64,000 nt of DNA from an uncultured Ectothiorhodospiraceae bacterium (GTDB taxonomy: Bacteria > Pseudomonadota > Gammaproteobacteria > J044): assembly GCA_964641615.1 (NCBI GenBank), contig CAZXNH010000007.1, forward strand, positions 41,705 through 105,704, read 5' to 3'. Positions within the stretch are counted from its first letter, which is position 1. Each line of letters begins with the position of its first letter. Shown here piece by piece: positions 57,401 to 64,000 of the stretch. The notes below the pieces were generated by a model. The model searched no databases, had not been told where the DNA came from, and was given only the letters and a program-made list of their open reading frames with translations. The position numbers and the translations under genes were made by a program.

Positions 57401-58649
57401 TAACATCCTCGAGTACGTCCCAGACCTCGGCACTTTCCTTCTCTACCATCTTCTTGGCGGCCTTGATAGTCGTTGTCAGACCCATGCGGTGCAATTTACC
57501 GAAGATAAACGGCTTGAACAGTTCCAGCGCCATTTTCTTGGGCAGACCACACTGATGCAGTTTCAGGGTAGGACCAACAACGATTACAGAACGACCAGAG
57601 TAATCAACACGTTTACCCAGCAGGTTCTGGCGGAAACGACCCTGCTTACCCTTGATCATATCTGCAAGAGACTTCAGAGGCCTCTTGTTTGTGCCTGTGA
57701 TTGCACGACCACGGCGTCCATTGTCCAGCAGCGCATCCACGGATTCCTGCAGCATACGCTTTTCGTTGCGCACGATAATGTCGGGGGCATTCAGCTCGAG
57801 CAGGCGCTTGAGACGATTGTTGCGGTTGATAACGCGTCGATACAGGTCATTCAGATCTGATGTCGCGAAACGGCCACCATCCAGAGGAACCAGAGGACGC
57901 AGATCGGGTGGCAGAACCGGTAACACGGTCAAGATCATCCACTGTGGGTCATTACCCGACTCGATGAATGACTCAACCAGCTTCAGGCGCTTGGTAATAC
58001 GCTTGAGTTTGGTTTCCGAACGCGTGCTTTCGATTTCTTCACGCAGTTGCTTACGCTCTTCTTCCAGCTCGATGTCGCCAAGCATGTGGAATACGGCTTC
58101 GGCTCCCATGAGGGCCACGAACTCATCTCCATTTTCCTCAATGGCTTCAAGATAGGCTTCATCAGAGAGCAACTGACCGCGCTCCAGTGTAGTCATACCC
58201 GGATCAACAACCACGAAGGCCTCGAAGTAAAGAATGCGCTCAATATCGCGCAGAGTCATATCCAGAAGAAGACCAATACGAGAGGGCAGAGACTTCAGGA
58301 ACCAGATATGGGCAACCGGGCTGGCCAGCTCTATATGGCCCATTCGATCTCGACGGACCTTGGTCTGGGTGACTTCGACACCACACTTCTCACACACGAC
58401 ACCGCGGTGCTTCAGGCGCTTGTACTTACCACACAGACACTCATAGTCCTTAACCGGACCAAAGATCTTAGCGCAGAACAGGCCGTCACGCTCAGGCTTA
58501 AAGGTCCTGTAGTTAATGGTCTCGGGCTTCTTAACTTCGCCAAAGGACCAGGAACGAATCATCTCAGGTGATGCCAGCCCAATACGAATGGCATCGAATT
58601 CGTCGATGTGTTGTCCCTGCTGTTTAAAAAGATTCAATAAATCTTTCAT
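54426..58649 (-). CDS. rpoC: DNA-directed RNA polymerase beta' subunit
   Basis: Length 1407 aa. Contains the NADFDGD catalytic motif and the zinc-finger Cys residues. Confidence 0.98.
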   Translation of the reverse strand: MKDLLNLFKQQGQHIDEFDAIRIGLASPEMIRSWSFGEVKKPETINYRTFKPERDGLFCAKIFGPVKDYECLCGKYKRLKHRGVVCEKCGVEVTQTKVRRDRMGHIELASPVAHIWFLKSLPSRIGLLLDMTLRDIERILYFEAFVVVDPGMTTLERGQLLSDEAYLEAIEENGDEFVALMGAEAVFHMLGDIELEEERKQLREEIESTRSETKLKRITKRLKLVESFIESGNDPQWMILTVLPVLPPDLRPLVPLDGGRFATSDLNDLYRRVINRNNRLKRLLELNAPDIIVRNEKRMLQESVDALLDNGRRGRAITGTNKRPLKSLADMIKGKQGRFRQNLLGKRVDYSGRSVIVVGPTLKLHQCGLPKKMALELFKPFIFGKLHRMGLTTTIKAAKKMVEKESAEVWDVLEDVIREHPVMLNRAPTLHRLGIQAFEPVLIEGKAINLHPLVCAAFNADFDGDQMAVHVPLSIEAQLEARALMMSTNNVLSPANGEPIIVPSQDIVLGLYYMTRDRVNARGEGMVFANPEEVKRAYASGQVDIHAKIKARIPLYEIAEDGEISESCALLETTVGRTLLSEILPKGLAFDLINRDLTKKNISNLINACYRQVGLKETVIFADQLMYTGFKMATRAGVSFCSDDMVIPEEKSEILAAAEADVKEIEDQYASGLVTNGERYNKVVDIWSHTNDRVAKAMMDKLGKEEVVNAEGETVTQPSFNSIFMMADSGARGSAAQIRQLAGMRGLMAKPDGSIIETPITANFREGLNVLQYFISTHGARKGLADTALKTANSGYLTRRLVDVAQDMVIINEDCGTEEGVIMTPIIEGGDVVEPLRERVLGRVVATDTCKPGTEEVAIPAGTLLDEYWVDVIEQLSIDEIRVRSVITCDNHHGVCSTCYGRDLARGHKVNIGESVGVMAAQSIGEPGTQLTMRTFHIGGAASRSAAASNISVKNEGAIRLHTIKTVENEAGNLVAVSRSGELGVIDEQGRERERYKIPYGAVLSVKDESAVKAGQEVASWDPHTHPIITEVAGRVQFVDFQDGVTVNKHVDEITGLSSTIVSDPKQRGSAGKDLRPVVRLIEENGDPVFLKGTEIPAQYALPAGAIVNLKDGEQVRIGDVVARIPQESSKTRDITGGLPRVADLFEARKPKDPAIMAEASGTVSFGKETKGKQRLVITDEHGEANELLIPKWRNVNVFEGETVERGEIIADGEPSPHDILRLRGVTHLAEYLIKEIQDVYRLQGVGINDKHIEVIIRQMLRKVIITDSGESNFLRGEQIERSRALEVNEQLEKEGKLPAKYENELLGITKASLVTESFISAASFQETTRVLTESAVRGARDDLRGLKENVIVGRLIPAGTGLAYHNERRRKRAGISIEDLNLGAATPEEAPVEMTEAPGEAEAPAE

Positions 58650-58698
58650 GTTCTTTTCCGCCTCTCAATCAGAATGACCAGTAATTTCGCAGCGCGAA

Positions 58699-61600
58699 TT
58701 ACTCGTCATGTTCCAGCTCGATGTTAATACCGAGCGCCCGGATTTCCTTCATCAGTACATTGAAGGATTCAGGCATACTGGCTTCCATTCTGTGGTCACC
58801 GTCCACGATGTTCTTATACATCTTGTTACGGCCGTTCACGTCGTCCGACTTAACCGTCAGCATTTCCTGCAGGGTATAGGCCGCACCGTAGGCCTCGAGC
58901 GCCCAGACTTCCATCTCACCGAAGCGCTGACCACCGAACTGCGCCTTACCACCCAGCGGCTGCTGAGTAACCAGGCTGTACGGGCCAGTAGAACGTGCAT
59001 GCATCTTGTCATCGACCAGGTGATTCAGCTTCAGCATGTGCATGTAGCCAACGGTAACAGGACGATCAAACGAGTCACCGGTTCGACCATCATAAAGCGT
59101 GGTCTGACCAGACTCTGGCAGGCCGGCCAGCTTCAGCATGGCCTTGATTTCCTCTTCGTGGGCACCGTCGAAGACCGGGGTCGCCATTGGAACACCCTTA
59201 CGAAGGTTAAACGCCAGATTGACAATTTCTTCGTCTGTCAGAGTATCCAGCTCAACCTTCTGCACTTCCTTGCTGTGGTTGTAGACCTTGTCGAGGAACT
59301 TGCGCAGCTCATCGACCTTGGCCTTGGCCTCGATCATCTGGTTTATCTTCTTACCAAGACCCATCGCCGCCCAACCAAGATGCGTTTCCAGCACCTGGCC
59401 CACGTTCATACGCGAGGGAACACCCAGCGGGTTCAGAACGATATCGACTGGAGTGCCATCGGCGCTGTATGGCATGTCTTCCACAGGGACGATCATGGAG
59501 ACAACACCCTTGTTACCGTGGCGACCGGCCATCTTGTCACCAGGCTGCATACGGCGTTTGACGGCGATGTAAACCTTAACCATCTTCAGAACACCAGGCG
59601 CCAGGTCATCGCCCTGGGTCAGCTTGGTTTTCTGCTCAACAAACTTATTCTCGAAGGCCTCTTTCTGATCCTTGATCAGCTGAGCCAGGTCTTCGAGCTG
59701 CTTGTTAACATCTTCGTTACGCATACGAATCTCGAACCACTTTTCACGCTCAAGATCAGTCAGATAAGACTTGGTGACTTTTGCGCCAGCCTTGAGGCCC
59801 GCAGGACCACCTTCAGCAACCTTGCCAGTTACCAGCTTCTCTACACGGCTGTAGATGTCATCTTCATAAATACGACGCTGATCCTGGAGATCCTTACGTA
59901 CGCTTTCCAGCGCAGTCTCTTCGATCTGCAGGGCACGCTTGTCTTTTTCGACACCATCACGAGTAAAGACACGCACATCGATGACAGTACCTTCCATGCC
60001 AGAACCAACACGCAGAGAGGTGTCCTTTACATCGGAGGCCTTCTCACCAAAAATAGCGCGCAGCAGCTTTTCTTCTGGGGTCAGCTGGGTCTCACCCTTA
60101 GGGGTGACCTTGCCAACCAGGATGTCGTTCGGCTTAACCTCGGCACCCACGTAGACAATGCCCGACTCATCGAGCTTAGAAAGCAGGCCTTCGCTGACAT
60201 TTGGAATATCCGCGGTGATCTCCTCGGGGCCCAGCTTGGTATCGCGGGCAACACAGGTCATTTCTTCGATATGAATAGTCGTGAAACGATCTTCCTGAAC
60301 AACACGCTCAGAGATCAGGATTGAATCCTCGAAGTTGTAACCATTCCATGGCATGAATGCGACCAGCATATTCTGACCAAGCGCCAGCTCACCCATGTCG
60401 GTAGAAGCGCCATCAGCTAGTGCATCGCCACGAGCGACAACATCGCCAGGCTTAACCAGAGGCAACTGGTTCATGCAGGTGTTCTGGTTAGAACGGGTGT
60501 ACTTGGTCAGGTTGTAGATATCGACACCTGCCTCACCGGACACGGTCTCATCATCATTTACACGAACAACAATTCGTGCCGCATCAACCGAATCAACAAC
60601 ACCACCACGACACGCCTTAACAGTGGCGCCGGAGTCCATCGCAACGGTACGCTCCATACCCGTACCAACGATAGGCTTTTCTGAACGCAGACAGGGCACC
60701 GCCTGACGCTGCATGTTGGAGCCCATGAGTGCACGGTTCGCATCATCATGCTCGAGGAATGGGATCATTGAAGCCGCTACAGAGACAATCTGACGAGGAG
60801 ATACATCCATGTACTGAACGCGATCCGGACCGAACAGGCCGAATTCATTCAGGTAACGACAGGAAACCAGGTCACTGGTCAGCGCACCCTTGACGTCCAG
60901 CTCAGTATTTGCCTGAGCAATCACATAGTTGCTTTCTTCAATCGCTGACAGGTAATCGATTTCATCGGTCACCTTACCGTCTACAACCTTGCGATATGGG
61001 GTTTCCAGGAAACCATAGCTATTGGTCCGCGCATAAACAGCCAGCGAGTTGATCAGACCGATGTTTGGTCCTTCAGGTGTTTCGATAGGACAAACACGAC
61101 CGTAGTGCGTTGGATGTACGTCACGAACCTCAAAACCAGCACGCTCACGCGTCAGACCACCAGGGCCAAGAGCAGAAATACGACGCTTGTGAGTCACTTC
61201 TGACAGAGGGTTGTTCTGATCCATGAACTGTGAAAGCTGCGAAGAACCAAAGAATTCCTTAACAGCTGCAGCGACAGGCTTAGCATTGACCAGGTCCTGA
61301 GGCATCAGGCCCTCACTTTCAGCGACGCTCAGACGCTCCTTAACAGCACGCTCTACGCGAACCAGGCCAACACGCAGCACGTTTTCAGCCATTTCGCCGA
61401 CACTACGTACACGGCGGTTACCCAGATGATCGATATCATCGACCATGCCGTTACCGTTACGAATATCAATCAGGGTCCTCAGGACATCAACAATGTCATC
61501 ATTATTCAGAACACCTGAACCAGTTTCTTCAGAACGACCCAGGCGCAGGTTGAACTTCATACGTCCAACGGCGGACAGGTCATAACGCTCTTCGGTAAAG

Positions 61601-62784
61601 AACAGGTTCTGGAACAGGGTCTGGGCTGCCTCTTTGGTTGGCGGCTCACCCGGACGCATCATGCGATAAATTTCAACCTGGGCTTCAAGCTCATTGCGAG
61701 AAGGGTCCACATTCAGGGTGGTAGATATATAAGGCCCCTGGTCGAGATCGTTGGTGAACAGAGTCTTGAACTCCTTCACCTTCAGCTCATCCATTTTCTC
61801 CAGCAGCTCATCTGTAAGCTCGGAGTTTGCCTCAATAACAACCTCACCAGTCGACTCATCAACGACGTCATGAGCCAGAACCTTACCAACCAGGTATTCT
61901 GCAGGCACTTCCAGATTTTTAACGGATGCCTTATCCAGCTCTCGGATATGACGCGCCGTTATACGGCGGCCAGCTTCAACGATAACCTTGGACTTAACCT
62001 TGATATCAAAGGCAGCAATTTCACCGCGCAGACGCTCAGGAACCAACTCAAGACTGTAAGCATCCTTGGTGCGCTTGAAACTATTCTTCTGGAAGAACAT
62101 ATCCAGGATCTGGACCGTATCATAGCCAAGTGCGCGCAGAAGAATAGTAGCTGGCAGCTTACGACGACGGTCGATACGAACGAAGACGTTGTCCTTTGGA
62201 TCGAATTCAAAATCAAGCCATGAGCCACGGTAAGGAATGACGCGCGCATTAAACAGCAGCTTGCCAGAAGAATGGGTTTTGCCCTTATCGTGATCAAAGA
62301 ACACACCGGGAGAACGATGCAGCTGAGATACTATGACACGCTCGGTACCATTGATAACAAAGGTGCCGTTCTCAGTCATCAGAGGCAGCTCGCCCATATA
62401 GACTTCCTGCTCCTTAATATCCTTGACGACATTTGAGCCTGCTGGCGCATCTTTATCCATGATGACCAGGCGCAAGGTTACGCGTAAAGGTGCCGCATAG
62501 GTCAGGCCACGCAGCTGGCATTCCTTAACATCGAATACCGGATCACCCAAGCGGTAAGTGACATACTCGAGGCGAACAGTGCCGGAATAGCTTTCAATTG
62601 GGAAAACTGAGCTAAACGCGCTGTGAAGACCGACATCACTACGGTCTTCCGCCTTCTTGTCCAATTGAAGGAACTGACGATATGAATCTACCTGGATCGC
62701 CAGAAGGTAGGGAGCTTCCAGAATCTGGGGACGCTTTCCGAAATCCTTGCGAATTCGTTTCTTTTCGGTGTAGCTATAAGCCAT
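58699..62784 (-). CDS. rpoB: DNA-directed RNA polymerase beta subunit
   Basis: Begins [20 protein letters not shown]. Length is about 1361 aa. Confidence 0.98.
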   Translation of the reverse strand: MAYSYTEKKRIRKDFGKRPQILEAPYLLAIQVDSYRQFLQLDKKAEDRSDVGLHSAFSSVFPIESYSGTVRLEYVTYRLGDPVFDVKECQLRGLTYAAPLRVTLRLVIMDKDAPAGSNVVKDIKEQEVYMGELPLMTENGTFVINGTERVIVSQLHRSPGVFFDHDKGKTHSSGKLLFNARVIPYRGSWLDFEFDPKDNVFVRIDRRRKLPATILLRALGYDTVQILDMFFQKNSFKRTKDAYSLELVPERLRGEIAAFDIKVKSKVIVEAGRRITARHIRELDKASVKNLEVPAEYLVGKVLAHDVVDESTGEVVIEANSELTDELLEKMDELKVKEFKTLFTNDLDQGPYISTTLNVDPSRNELEAQVEIYRMMRPGEPPTKEAAQTLFQNLFFTEERYDLSAVGRMKFNLRLGRSEETGSGVLNNDDIVDVLRTLIDIRNGNGMVDDIDHLGNRRVRSVGEMAENVLRVGLVRVERAVKERLSVAESEGLMPQDLVNAKPVAAAVKEFFGSSQLSQFMDQNNPLSEVTHKRRISALGPGGLTRERAGFEVRDVHPTHYGRVCPIETPEGPNIGLINSLAVYARTNSYGFLETPYRKVVDGKVTDEIDYLSAIEESNYVIAQANTELDVKGALTSDLVSCRYLNEFGLFGPDRVQYMDVSPRQIVSVAASMIPFLEHDDANRALMGSNMQRQAVPCLRSEKPIVGTGMERTVAMDSGATVKACRGGVVDSVDAARIVVRVNDDETVSGEAGVDIYNLTKYTRSNQNTCMNQLPLVKPGDVVARGDALADGASTDMGELALGQNMLVAFMPWNGYNFEDSILISERVVQEDRFTTIHIEEMTCVARDTKLGPEEITADIPNVSEGLLSKLDESGIVYVGAEVKPNDILVGKVTPKGETQLTPEEKLLRAIFGEKASDVKDTSLRVGSGMEGTVIDVRVFTRDGVEKDKRALQIEETALESVRKDLQDQRRIYEDDIYSRVEKLVTGKVAEGGPAGLKAGAKVTKSYLTDLEREKWFEIRMRNEDVNKQLEDLAQLIKDQKEAFENKFVEQKTKLTQGDDLAPGVLKMVKVYIAVKRRMQPGDKMAGRHGNKGVVSMIVPVEDMPYSADGTPVDIVLNPLGVPSRMNVGQVLETHLGWAAMGLGKKINQMIEAKAKVDELRKFLDKVYNHSKEVQKVELDTLTDEEIVNLAFNLRKGVPMATPVFDGAHEEEIKAMLKLAGLPESGQTTLYDGRTGDSFDRPVTVGYMHMLKLNHLVDDKMHARSTGPYSLVTQQPLGGKAQFGGQRFGEMEVWALEAYGAAYTLQEMLTVKSDDVNGRNKMYKNIVDGDHRMEASMPESFNVLMKEIRALGINIELEHDE

Positions 62785-62882
62785 CACGATTCCTCACACT
62801 GAAGATAAGGGTTGGTGCTTGTCGGAATACAGATTGAGTCACCTGCATTCCATCAAACACCAAAAACTGGTCGCCGGAAAAC

Positions 62883-62930
62883 CGGCAAAAATAAAACAGG
62901 AAAAGGCCGGCGGTTAAAAAACCGCCAGCC
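62883..62930 (-). terminator. rplL-rpoB intergenic attenuator, a partial rho-independent terminator
   Basis: Stem ggccggcgg/ccgccagcc followed on the minus strand by UUUUCCUGUUUUAUUUUUG. It occupies the position of the known E. coli rplL-rpoB attenuator. Confidence 0.6.
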
Positions 62931-62965
62931 TGATCCTTTTAGCCAAGTCGCGAACGATGAACCAA

Positions 62966-63346
62966 TTACTTGAGTTCTACGCTAGCGCCAGCCTCTTCAA
63001 GCTGCTTCTTGATATCTTCAGCTTCGTCCTTAGAAGCGCCTTCCTTAATGGTAGAAGGAGCGCCTTCAACCATATCCTTAGCTTCCTTCAGGCCTAGACC
63101 GGTGATACCACGAACAACCTTGATAACAGCAACCTTGTTGCTGCCGAAGCTTGACATAACAACGTCAAACTCGTCTTTTTCTGCAGCAGCAGCGGCTTCA
63201 CCACCACCTGCAGCAACTGGAGCAGCAGCAACTGCAGCAGCAGCTGATACACCAAACTTTTCTTCCATATCAGAGATCAGATCAACGATCTCCATAACAG
63301 TCATATTGGAAATCGCTTCCAAGATGTCGTCTTTTGATACTGCCAT
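62966..63346 (-). CDS. rplL: 50S ribosomal protein L7/L12
   Basis: Alanine-rich hinge ([23 protein letters not shown]). Length is 126 aa. Confidence 0.97.
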   Translation of the reverse strand: MAVSKDDILEAISNMTVMEIVDLISDMEEKFGVSAAAAVAAAPVAAGGGEAAAAAEKDEFDVVMSSFGSNKVAVIKVVRGITGLGLKEAKDMVEGAPSTIKEGASKDEAEDIKKQLEEAGASVELK

Positions 63347-63402
63347 GATAATTACTCCTAAAAAATAATCTGAATCAGAAAGCCCAGAAATCTAACGGCG
63401 GC

Positions 63403-63924
63403 TTATTGCTTGGCATCGCGTACCGCTGCAACGGTACGTACCAGCTTGCCAGGAACCTCGTTGACGGTACGCGCGAACTTGTCGAGCGGCGCCTTCATCA
63501 CAGCCATCAGCATGCTGATTGCCTGATCACGAGTAGGCAGGCTAGCGAGCCTGTCAATTTCAGAAGCGGCCAGAGCCTCGCCACCAACTGCGAGAACCTT
63601 AACCACCAGCTTTTCGTGCTCTTTGGCGAAGTCCTTAACAACACGAGCTGCCGAGCCAGGATCTTCCTGGGACAGGGCAAGCACGAGTGGACCTACTAGC
63701 TGATCATTCATGCATTCAAATTCAGTACCTTCGAAAGCACGACGAGCCAGAGTATTCTTCACCACGCGAAGATAAACACCACCCTCACGCGCCTTAACGC
63801 GCAGAGCAGTCATTTCCTCAACGGTCAGACCACGGTACTCTGCAGCAACCGCGGAATGAGCACTTTGAGCCACCGTAGCAACCTCTGAGACAACCTGTTT
63901 CTTGTCTGCGAGACTTAAAGCCAC
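63403..63924 (-). CDS. rplJ: 50S ribosomal protein L10
   Basis: Begins MALSLADKKQVVSEV. Length is 173 aa. An AGGAGA Shine-Dalgarno sits 8 nt upstream. Confidence 0.95.
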   Translation of the reverse strand: MALSLADKKQVVSEVATVAQSAHSAVAAEYRGLTVEEMTALRVKAREGGVYLRVVKNTLARRAFEGTEFECMNDQLVGPLVLALSQEDPGSAARVVKDFAKEHEKLVVKVLAVGGEALAASEIDRLASLPTRDQAISMLMAVMKAPLDKFARTVNEVPGKLVRTVAAVRDAKQ

Positions 63925-63941
63925 GATACAATCTCCTGGTA

Positions 63942-63964
63942 ACGATGGAATTAACTTCCATCGT
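63942..63964 (-). promoter_or_regulatory. Leader hairpin immediately 5' of the rplJ Shine-Dalgarno (ACGATGGAA-TTAAC-TTCCATCGT)
   Basis: Perfect 9-bp inverted repeat. It may belong to the L10 leader regulatory structure or to the upstream rplKA terminator. Confidence 0.4.
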
Positions 63965-64000
63965 GGTTAGTTGAGCAACTTATTAAGTTGCCACCTTAAC

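Noticed and set aside
58708-60324. Long antisense ORFs inside rpoB and rpoC, such as 58708..60324 (+, 538 aa), 55500..56465 (+, 321 aa) and 57012..57860 (+)
   Set aside because: They are entirely embedded opposite highly conserved rpoB and rpoC coding sequence. They are typical shadow ORFs of GC-rich genes, with no Shine-Dalgarno and no recognisable domains.

Overview
This window reads as conserved chromosomal core from a gammaproteobacterium with Pseudomonas-like gene order and roughly 55-60% GC; I found no novel system in it. From left to right it holds:

- prmC (3' part), a small orphan ORF, a GGDEF diguanylate cyclase, moeB, hslO(-), gatCAB(-) and mreBCD(+).
- An ilvD(-) operon that carries a mini-lipoprotein and a SLOG/Mo-cofactor-carrier-like gene at its 3' end.
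- argE, exbB-exbD-tonB, argD-argF, a cytoplasmic Cache-like hypothetical, and a lower-GC islet holding psiE and marC, with chrA(-) adjacent.
- phoU-pstB-pstA-pstC on the minus strand (long-form permeases, no pstS in the window), convergent ppk/ppx, ssb, an MFS transporter, uvrA and a DUF62 SAM hydroxide adenosyltransferase.
- A complete ribosomal super-cluster on the minus strand: rplJL-rpoBC, str, S10, spc and alpha operons (rplJ through rplQ), about 27.4 kb.

I saw no transposases, integrases, CRISPR arrays, prophage genes or toxin-antitoxin pairs. Regulatory detail worth checking includes:

- Tandem Pho-box-like repeats ahead of pstC.
- A sigma70 promoter for rpsL embedded in the rpoC terminator hairpin, followed by a terminator-like hairpin.
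- A 15-bp GC hairpin in an unusually long rpsJ-rplC spacer while tuf and rpsJ are only 5 bp apart.
- The rplL-rpoB attenuator.

The few regions with any accessory character are the SLOG plus lipoprotein pair with a nearby 29-codon ORF carrying a perfect Shine-Dalgarno sequence, the Cache-like orphan protein, and the AT-rich psiE/marC islet.
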